Shown here one piece after another: positions 10,101 to 15,629 of a stretch of 15,629 bases of DNA. A program made the translations under genes and the position numbers. Each line of letters begins with the position of its first letter. Within the stretch, counting starts at the first letter, position 1. Under the pieces are notes generated by a model, which had not been told where the DNA came from, searched no databases, and worked only from the letters and a program-made list of their open reading frames with translations. The DNA comes from an uncultured archaeon (GTDB lineage: Archaea > Asgardarchaeota > Heimdallarchaeia > Heimdallarchaeales > Heimdallarchaeaceae): contig CAZJUB010000064.1 in NCBI GenBank assembly GCA_964549075.1, positions 1 to 15,629 on the forward strand, written 5' to 3'.

Positions 10101-10953
10101 TAAAAGAGGAAACAAGTGTTGAAGTTACTCCTATTATAGAATTTATTATATGTAATCCAGATTTCGCTGCAAGAAATGTGTTACTACCTTCAAGGAAGAT
10201 GCTATTTATCTCATCAAATCCTTCGATTTCCTTTACGAAATAAACAGCTGTAGGATCAGCAATATTTAGGATGACCAGGCTCGAGGAATTACTCACATAA
10301 GCATTTACTCCTCTTATTGAAAGGCTATCTGCAGTAAATATAGAGTCATAAACATATAAAGCACCTGGACTACTTGGATTGGAAACGTCAAGTATTTTTA
10401 TTCCAGCATTTCCATCAGAAATAAATGCATAATTCTCAAAAATATCTACATCATATGCAGAAACTGTATCATATGTTGTAAGTTCAACAATATTTGCCGG
10501 ATCGCTAATATCTACAATTTTTAATCCTGCTTCGCTAGTTGCTAAATAAGCAATGTCCCCATCAACGCATATGCTTCTTATAATATTTGTCGAAATTGTA
10601 TCTAAAAGGTGAGGATTCGTGGGATCCTTTATATCAAGTACATCCAAACTGTTTTCAGTTCCAACTAGAGCTATATCTCCATGGATATAAATTTCAATGG
10701 CATTCCCATTGGTATCATATGATCCAATTTCCTTAATTACTTGATAAGAATTTTCTATCGTTCCTGTCCCCCAGCCAGAAACATTAGTAGCTGGAGAATC
10801 CATGTAGGTGGTAGTAGTGAAATCTTCAGTTATTGGAGCTAAAATTTCTCCTTGAACCATTGGTAAAGTATTATTAAATAAGAAAAGCGATGCAAAACAG
10901 AGAAGAAGAAGAAAAGCGAGAGTATTTTTTCTATTTTTTACCATTTTCTTCAT
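7117..10953 (-). CDS. LVIVD-repeat (14-blade) surface protein with FN3-like domain, 4 Ig-like repeats and TM anchor; more distant paralogue
   Basis: Signal peptide; EDFTTTTYMD..TNVSGWGTGTIENS; SADGGIHW; YYWRVAAID; TM + KKRRK. ATG 10953 preferred because AGTGAT (which overlaps the called GTG 10962) looks like its RBS. Confidence 0.9.
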   Translation of the reverse strand: MKKMVKNRKNTLAFLLLLCFASLFLFNNTLPMVQGEILAPITEDFTTTTYMDSPATNVSGWGTGTIENSYQVIKEIGSYDTNGNAIEIYIHGDIALVGTENSLDVLDIKDPTNPHLLDTISTNIIRSICVDGDIAYLATSEAGLKIVDISDPANIVELTTYDTVSAYDVDIFENYAFISDGNAGIKILDVSNPSSPGALYVYDSIFTADSLSIRGVNAYVSNSSSLVILNIADPTAVYFVKEIEGFDEINSIFLEGSNTFLAAKSGLHIINSIIGVTSTLVSSFTDLELNDVMVNGEIAYVTDYHGYVYILDLKNKYDIQIIGSYEFSHTSIALALYFDGTEIYTANYDDGIRIIKVTENVKPSREKLFNIDQTHRGICAVGDVAYIVGNHFTGLKYQGILRTYNISDPENVVLLGEAVLNPGLLDFGHIFYDVEVFGSVAYVFGTYMMYASGSWVFKLAFYGFDILDSANPTYFGAQVVPLPLDFYAWWNLADFDIEVNSENLYLTCGSEGVAIYDMSTPLSPAFDNLYDDFHYAADIKIEGNNAFVASGEDGLKIVDISNPSSPTTIGWYDSSGVSFEVWIEGDLAYIADGENGLVIVDISDPTSPTFRSQCNTNDLANGIIVSGNTAFVNDADAGIAVIDVTNPDNPQLLYSYSTPGNVRDSVVRGDYCYLVEHTSNIEVVNIRKNVLSLYNEVCQAQSKTFYEGTSSISINYITLTESSVIPGDSQILYYISADGGIHWEAINDGVKHQLSHEGRNIKWKAVLETQDSLITPSISSITLLIETVIASPDLLSPVDGLVTDEKRPTFSWSPVEEAYQYLFQLDDSSSFISPIINVIIPSSETFYKPGTSLAVGTYYWRVAAIDNGNQTGPFSEAREIFIELDISSPEINSPDDISYLLGATGNNITWEVFDILPKSYNITFNGIIEDEGVWNIGENEISISIDGLAEGTYTYVCYVYDLSNQWSSDEVMVTVTTTQPPIIDSISDFSYEEGTAGHSITWHPTDDNPVWFNITRNGELIDEGEWAGSTITIDVDNLTTGTYTFICSVYDEDGNKASNSIIVTVVEPIVPTIDNPADVSYEVGSTGHSITWHPYDNNPKSYSVTRNGVEVDSGAWSGESITVNIDDLAYGNYEYICHVYDDNDDSAADTVHVTVEDTIAPTIDNPGDISYIKGETGYSITWNPFDYSPSTYTITMNDTVVETETWTGEEIIFSVDGLESGTYLYECTVYDAAGNSISDTVKVTVAPIEEETTESNMFWFTTIIAIVFLVIIIKKRRK

Positions 10954-10996
10954 TTTTATCACTATTTAGTGAATCATTAAAATATAGTCTTGGTGT

Positions 10997-11012
10997 GTAA
11001 AAAATCTTTCTC
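10997..11012 (-). promoter_or_regulatory. Putative BRE-TATA promoter of gene 3
   Basis: Minus strand gagaaa-ga-ttttttac, about 45 nt upstream of ATG 10953. Confidence 0.6.
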
Positions 11013-11040
11013 AAAAAAAAGAACTAGTAAAAACTAGTTC
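11013..11040 (-). terminator. Hairpin + T8 terminator of gene 4
   Basis: Perfect inverted repeat gaactagt-aaaa-actagttc (11021-11040) overlapping the stop codon, followed on - by 8 T (11020-11013). Confidence 0.75.
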
Positions 11041-12787
11041 ATTTTAATTTATTTTTACGAGTTTTAATGGTAATAATGGTAATAACAGCAATGCTTAGAA
11101 TTATGCTTGAGATAATCCCAAATTCTCGTAGATGCGGTATTTTATATTCTACATATTGGCAATTAGAATGGGAGCTATTTCCAGCATTGTTCCCTGCGAC
11201 TATTGCATAGTAATAATAACCTTCTGATGGCATAACATCTAGATAAAAGCTTGAGGATACTTTGGTAATAGGTGTAAGTTCTTCAACAGACCAAATATAG
11301 GAAGTCGAACGATAAACATAGTAGTTACTTGCAAACGAGATGTTATTCCAATCTATTTTAATTAGATCTGTTTCAGTTGGATTAGGAACAATAAAAGCTA
11401 ATTCAGGTTTAGATGGAATACCTGCAAGAAAATTATGAACAATGTCTATATCAGTTCCAGAGTCTTCATATTCAGTAGAATCTGCCCAGATAGCTTGAGC
11501 AACACCGTTTGAATCAACAGCAATTTTTGGGTCACTCGCTGTTAGAGTACTCTCGAGAGATATAACATCAGTTGAAGTCCAAGATGAAGAAGCGGTATCC
11601 CATCTTTTATAGAAGATGTCTAAGTCAGTACCTGCTCCATTATAATTAGTATAATCCTCCCAAACGATATGTAATTCATCAGCCGAATCAACAACGATAA
11701 AGGGATCATAAGAATTGCTGGTACTTTCTGTTGAAACGATTTCAGTTGATGTCCATATTGGTACGGAAATGTCTTTCTTCTTAAGATAAATATCTCTATC
11801 AGGAGCATAGTCTTCAAGTTCTTCCCAAGCAATGTAAATATCCCCAGAAGAATTAACAGTAAGAGAAGGAAAAGAGGAATCTCTATTACTCTCCAGTGAA
11901 ACAAGTTCTATTGATTCCCAAGATAAAGTAGTAGAATTCCAATGTCTGTAAAAAACATCTAAATCTGCTCCAGCTTCTGGGAAAGAGTTAGAATAATCAG
12001 TCCAAGCAACATGAACATTCTCTGATGTATCAACTGAAAGACTTGGGGATGTAGAATCATACTCACAATTTGTTGAAACAACTGTGGTTGTACTCCAAGT
12101 CGAAGATGAAGAAGACCATTTCTTGAAGAAGATATCAGAATCAGATCCTGAACTTGCATAATCAGATCTATCTTCCCATACAACGTAAACATTTCTTTCA
12201 GCATCAGCAGCAATGATTGGATTACTAGATTGGGAAGTGCTTTCTGTAGATATAACTTCAGTGGGTGTCCAAGAGGATGTAGAAGAGCTCCAATATTTAT
12301 AGAAAATTTGATGATCATTTAAGGTACCACCTACATCAACACCTTCCCACGCAACATGAACACTCCCTGACGTATCTACTGCAACTGAAGGAGCATAAGA
12401 ACCACCTGCTGTCACACTTTCAGTAGAAACAACCTCAGTAACAGTCCATAGGTTTGAATTTAATTCTAATTTCTTATAGAAAATGTCTTGATCAGATCCA
12501 TTACTACCATAATCCGTTAAATCTGCCCATACAACATAGACATTCCCTGATAAATCAACAGCAAGAGATGGATTAATAGAATTATCTGTACTTTCTGTAG
12601 AAACAACTTCAGCTTTATTCCATTTCCATTGGGTTCTTTCAAAGGAAGCTATATTAAATATACCTGATTCTTCCTTTACAAGAGCTTTTGTGTTTGAAGT
12701 AAAAAGAGAAGAAGAACCAATTAAGAATACAATTAAAATGAAAAATAAGCTCATATTGAGTTTGTTTTTTTTCTTTTTTATATGCAT
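11039..12787 (-). CDS. Secreted 7-repeat beta-propeller protein with FN3-like domain and C-terminal anchor
   Basis: Signal peptide; seven ~58-aa repeats EVVSTES..S..PS.AVD.SGNVHVAW.D...G.D.DIFYK.W; DWN...YYVYRS...YYYYAIVA; IPHLREF-TM-KTRKNKLK. Confidence 0.85.
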   Translation of the reverse strand: MHIKKKKNKLNMSLFFILIVFLIGSSSLFTSNTKALVKEESGIFNIASFERTQWKWNKAEVVSTESTDNSINPSLAVDLSGNVYVVWADLTDYGSNGSDQDIFYKKLELNSNLWTVTEVVSTESVTAGGSYAPSVAVDTSGSVHVAWEGVDVGGTLNDHQIFYKYWSSSTSSWTPTEVISTESTSQSSNPIIAADAERNVYVVWEDRSDYASSGSDSDIFFKKWSSSSSTWSTTTVVSTNCEYDSTSPSLSVDTSENVHVAWTDYSNSFPEAGADLDVFYRHWNSTTLSWESIELVSLESNRDSSFPSLTVNSSGDIYIAWEELEDYAPDRDIYLKKKDISVPIWTSTEIVSTESTSNSYDPFIVVDSADELHIVWEDYTNYNGAGTDLDIFYKRWDTASSSWTSTDVISLESTLTASDPKIAVDSNGVAQAIWADSTEYEDSGTDIDIVHNFLAGIPSKPELAFIVPNPTETDLIKIDWNNISFASNYYVYRSTSYIWSVEELTPITKVSSSFYLDVMPSEGYYYYAIVAGNNAGNSSHSNCQYVEYKIPHLREFGIISSIILSIAVITIITIKTRKNKLK

Positions 12788-12795
12788 TTGAATGA

Positions 12796-12802
12796 ATCAC
12801 CT
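12796..12802 (-). promoter_or_regulatory. Ribosome-binding site AGGTGAT
   Basis: 8 nt upstream of ATG 12787; supports that start codon. Confidence 0.7.
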
Positions 12803-12862
12803 TTCTAACTATTATTCACAGATTATCTATGAATTTTCAAATTGGTAGCATTTAGAGCTAAA

Positions 12863-12878
12863 ATTAAAAACATTTCTA
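12863..12878 (-). promoter_or_regulatory. Putative BRE-TATA promoter of gene 4
   Basis: Minus strand tagaaa-tg-tttttaat. Confidence 0.55.
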
Positions 12879-12906
12879 CTAATATTCCAAAAAAGACAAA
12901 ATTATT

Positions 12907-12966
12907 ATGATTATAGATGGGGAAGGTAAGATACTCCTTCCAGGTCTTATTAATTTTCAGAAATAG
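12907..12966 (+). pseudogene. Fragment of an ssnA-like gene / 19-aa mini-ORF MIIDGEGKILLPGLINFQK
   Basis: 12909-12959 matches 13270-13320 at 45/51 nt; 16 consecutive codons encode the identical peptide. Confidence 0.8.
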
Positions 12967-13050
12967 TAGGTGTCTCGTTGGATAAAAGATGGGAGGAAAG
13001 AATCCCCTGAAGAGATGGCTAAAATTTGCGTTCGCTTATTGAATGATTAA
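12963..13050 (+). pseudogene. Probable relic 3' end of a TetR/AcrR-family regulator (TetR_C_8-like)
   Basis: 12976-13050 reads RWIKDGRKESPEEMAKICVRLLND*; IVGV lies just upstream (12963-12974) in a shifted frame. Resembles the G-[IV]-I-x-x-W-[IL]-x-x-G-x-K-E-S-P-E-E-M-A motif as I recall it. Confidence 0.55.
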
Positions 13051-13108
13051 TCTGATTCTTTTCATATTTAAGAAGTGAATTTCAGTATTAAACAAAAAGT
13101 TAGTTTTA

Positions 13109-13123
13109 GGTAAAATTCTTATT
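13109..13123 (+). promoter_or_regulatory. Possible BRE-TATA for a leaderless ssnA transcript
   Basis: ggtaaaa-tt-cttatt about 27 nt before ATG 13145; no SD upstream of the ATG. Confidence 0.35.
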
Positions 13124-13144
13124 GTTATACTATAATGTAAAATC

Positions 13145-14437
13145 ATGAAGGCTATAATCAACGTCAAAATTTATGATTATGAGACCTATATTGAGAATGG
13201 TTACTGTATTTATGGCAAAGAAATCATTGATGTAGGAGATATGGCTACATTTCCAGATTTTGAAGGAGAGATCATAGATGGGGAAGGTAAGATACTTCTT
13301 CCTGGCTTGATTAATTTTCACACTCATGTTTATTCTACTCTAGTTAGAGGTGCTGCAATACCTTACCAACCAAGAACATTCAAAGACATTTTAGATCAGC
13401 TTTGGTGGAAATTTGACAGTAAATTAGATAATACAGCTACCTATCATAGTGCGATGGTTTACGGTTTAGAATCTTTGAAAAGTGGAGTTACATCCATGAT
13501 TGATCATCATGCAAGTGGTATAGATATTATCGGTAGTTTAGATTCTCTAAAGAAAGCTATTGTTGATAAACTTGGTATGCGCGGGATTTTCTGTTTTGAA
13601 ACTAGTGATCGTTTCAACATTACAGAGTGTATAGATGAAAACTTATCTGGTTTAAAATACAAGTCCTCAGATGCTCGTGGAATGTTCGGACTTCATGCTT
13701 CTCTAAGCCTTTCTGAATCTACACTTATGAAAGTTAAACGTATTCTTGGGGATGCACCTATTCATGTTCATGTTGCTGAAAGTATCGAAGACGAAGAAGA
13801 TTCTCTGAACAATTATAGGATGAGAGTGGTAGAAAGATTTGAAAAACATAATCTCATCAATAAAGGTTCTATATTAGCTCATTGTGTGCATATTAATAGT
13901 AAAGAAGCTCGAATCATTGAAGAAAACGGAGCAGTTATTGCTCTTAACCCTACCTCCAATATGAACAATGCTGTAGGTACATTCAATATCAATTTGTTTA
14001 GGAATAATAATATTCGATTACTTATTGGTAACGATGGTTTAGGAACAAACATTGCTAAAGAATGGACTTATTTTTATTATGCTGGAAAAGCTGGAATTAA
14101 TGATGCTGCAGGGATAAGTTTTAATGAGATGCTAAAATACATCAATGGCTCGTATGAATACTTTGGAAAACAGATGGGAATTCAAATAGGAAAAATAAAG
14201 GAAGGATATGTCTCTGATTTTGTCCTTAGTCCGTATAAAAATCCTACAAAAATGGATAAAGATAATGCTTTTGGACATGTATTTTATGGATTATTTGAAA
14301 ATTTTAAGCCATCAGATGTTATCGTTAAAGGCAAAACTCTAATTGAAGATTATGTGAGTATTTTTGATGAGGAAGCCATATATAAGAACGCAAATATTGC
14401 TTCTCAAGCATTATGGAAAAAGCTAGGTGTTACATAA
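13145..14437 (+). CDS. ssnA: SsnA-like metal-dependent amidohydrolase (chlorohydrolase/deaminase family)
   Basis: PGLINFHTH, GVTSMIDHHAS, MFGLHAS, HVHVAE, LAHCVH, NPTSNMNNAVG, GNDG. Orthology and substrate unverified. Confidence 0.8.
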   Translation: MKAIINVKIYDYETYIENGYCIYGKEIIDVGDMATFPDFEGEIIDGEGKILLPGLINFHTHVYSTLVRGAAIPYQPRTFKDILDQLWWKFDSKLDNTATYHSAMVYGLESLKSGVTSMIDHHASGIDIIGSLDSLKKAIVDKLGMRGIFCFETSDRFNITECIDENLSGLKYKSSDARGMFGLHASLSLSESTLMKVKRILGDAPIHVHVAESIEDEEDSLNNYRMRVVERFEKHNLINKGSILAHCVHINSKEARIIEENGAVIALNPTSNMNNAVGTFNINLFRNNNIRLLIGNDGLGTNIAKEWTYFYYAGKAGINDAAGISFNEMLKYINGSYEYFGKQMGIQIGKIKEGYVSDFVLSPYKNPTKMDKDNAFGHVFYGLFENFKPSDVIVKGKTLIEDYVSIFDEEAIYKNANIASQALWKKLGVT

Positions 14438-15519
14438 TGGATATATCAATAGATTTACTTGATTTAAATTTCGAAAATCCTCTTGGTCCAGCAGCAGGAC
14501 CTATTGTAGAAGGATTGGAAAATATGCAGTTTTTTAACAATAATTTATGTGGTTTTAATGTTGCCAAAACAATCTCTGTTGAAGGAGCTATTGTACCTAA
14601 ACCATGTATAGCTGGAACAACAAACACCATCTACAACTGTGAACTTTGGTCAGAATTACATTCTGATGTATGGATAAAGGAGATTCTTCCAACTATTCAT
14701 AAAGATAAGAAAAAACCTCTTATTATTAGTTCAGGTTACAAAGAAGAGGACTTTAGATATTTGATTCCTAAATTAGATCCTTTTGCAGATATCTTTGAGA
14801 TATCTACTCACTACGTTTCAGAAGATTTGCTTCCCGGAATAGTTAAGAGTATAAGAGAAAACACTGATAAACCTATTTTCATGAAACTAAGTCCTCATAT
14901 TGTAGATTTTCTAGATTTTGTTAAAACAGTTATAGATGCTGGTGCAACTGGGATTGTAGCTATCAATTCTCTAGGTCCAGGAACAGTTATAGACTTGAAA
15001 AATCGCTCAGTTCTTTTAGCTGAGAAAGTTTGGATGAGTGGGCCTTCAATCAAACCAATTGCTCTTCATCGAATATACAATATAAGAAAGGAATTTCCCA
15101 ATATACCGATAATAGGAGTAGGTGGAATAGGAAAAGCAGACGATGTAATTGAATTCCTATTTGCAGGCGCAGATCTTGTCCAGATGCTATCATCTGCATT
15201 GATTAAAGGAAGACAATTATATGACAAGATAATTAAAGATCTTCCTAAAGCACTTGAGGAGTATGGATTTTCTTCTGTTGAAGAAATTAGAGAAGTAAGA
15301 AAAACTACTCTTTTCAAGGAAGTTGATACAGCTGTTGATAACTATCCATCTTTTAATGAGAAATGTACAATGTGTATGCTCTGTGTTAAGATATGTCCTG
15401 CAAATGCTTTATCTGCTAGTGATGAAAGAATAATAGTAGATAAAAGTAAGTGTATACACTGTGGTTTATGCGAATCTCGTTGTCCAGTAGATGCAATCTA
15501 CGGAGCACTAAGAAAATAG
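14437..15519 (+). CDS. Dihydroorotate/dihydropyrimidine dehydrogenase (PreA-like) FMN TIM-barrel with C-terminal 2x[4Fe-4S] ferredoxin domain
   Basis: NP..PAAGP, AKT, MKLSP, AINS, SGPSIKPIAL, IIGVGGI; CTMCMLCVKICP and CIHCGLCESRCP. Start moved to 14437 because of the TAATG overlap with the ssnA stop and AGGTG at 14425-14429. Confidence 0.85.
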   Translation: MDISIDLLDLNFENPLGPAAGPIVEGLENMQFFNNNLCGFNVAKTISVEGAIVPKPCIAGTTNTIYNCELWSELHSDVWIKEILPTIHKDKKKPLIISSGYKEEDFRYLIPKLDPFADIFEISTHYVSEDLLPGIVKSIRENTDKPIFMKLSPHIVDFLDFVKTVIDAGATGIVAINSLGPGTVIDLKNRSVLLAEKVWMSGPSIKPIALHRIYNIRKEFPNIPIIGVGGIGKADDVIEFLFAGADLVQMLSSALIKGRQLYDKIIKDLPKALEEYGFSSVEEIREVRKTTLFKEVDTAVDNYPSFNEKCTMCMLCVKICPANALSASDERIIVDKSKCIHCGLCESRCPVDAIYGALRK

Positions 15520-15543
15520 AAAAACCTCAATCTATCAGCTGAA

Positions 15544-15629
15544 TTACTTTATTTCCCCTACCATCTTGAATCCTGCTTTCTTCCAACCTGCCTTTCCTGC
15601 TTTGAATTCAAAGACATTCTCATATCCCA
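15544..15629 (-). CDS. 3' end of rhodanese-like domain protein (truncated by window)
   Basis: Minus strand GYENVFEFKAGKAGWKKAGFKMVGEIK*, like the rhodanese C-terminal pattern G-[FY]-x-N-V-x(4)-G-G-x-x-x-W-x-x-A-G. Not in the ORF track. Confidence 0.7.
   Translation of the reverse strand, partial: GYENVFEFKAGKAGWKKAGFKMVGEIK

Noticed and set aside
11039-12787. Sialidase/neuraminidase call
   Set aside because: No canonical Asp-boxes or RIP motif; only a generic propeller pattern.
12964-12969. TAG TAG read-through (pyrrolysine/recoding) joining the two relics
   Set aside because: Gene 3 and the PreA-like gene use TAG as a real stop, and the TetR-like IVGV is in a different frame.
13131-13136. 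Bacterial sigma70 promoter (TATAAT)
   Set aside because: No convincing -35 element, and the hexamer is common in AT-rich DNA; kept only as a weak hint.
12909-13320. DGR template/variable repeat pair
   Set aside because: Mismatches are silent and not adenine-specific, the target is a conserved enzyme motif, and no reverse transcriptase is in the window.
14413-14436. ATG 14413 as start of the PreA-like gene
   Set aside because: Overlaps ssnA by 25 nt; ATG 14437 has an SD, stop-start coupling and fits the family N-terminus.
532-15317. Short ORFs in the track (532-858, 756-941, 1144-1341, 1316-1519, 5827-6018, 7730-7963, 11620-11904, 11959-12318, 13130-13327, 14430-14630, 15066-15317)
   Set aside because: All overlap well-supported genes in antisense or shifted frames and have no recognisable motifs; shadow ORFs.

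Overview
AT-rich archaeal-type window with BRE/TATA-like promoters, GGTGA-type RBS and oligo-T terminators. The protein style resembles Asgard/Heimdallarchaeia (inference, not verified). The first 12.8 kb is a cluster of four secreted, C-terminally anchored surface proteins. Three are paralogues on one template: signal peptide (outside the window for the first, which is 5'-truncated), a conserved 27-aa segment, 14 LVIVD blades (2x7 propellers), an Asp-box module, an FN3-like domain, 3-4 Ig-like repeats, then TM and a basic tail. The fourth is a 7-repeat propeller + FN3-like protein. Next come a coupled ssnA-like amidohydrolase and a PreA/DHOD-like Fe-S flavoprotein with a non-canonical active-site loop, then the 3' end of a convergent rhodanese-like gene. 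The spacer before ssnA holds two unannotated relics: a 51-nt copy of part of ssnA differing only at synonymous sites, and a probable TetR C-terminal fragment. No RNA genes, CRISPR, transposase or RT seen. All alignments were done by eye.
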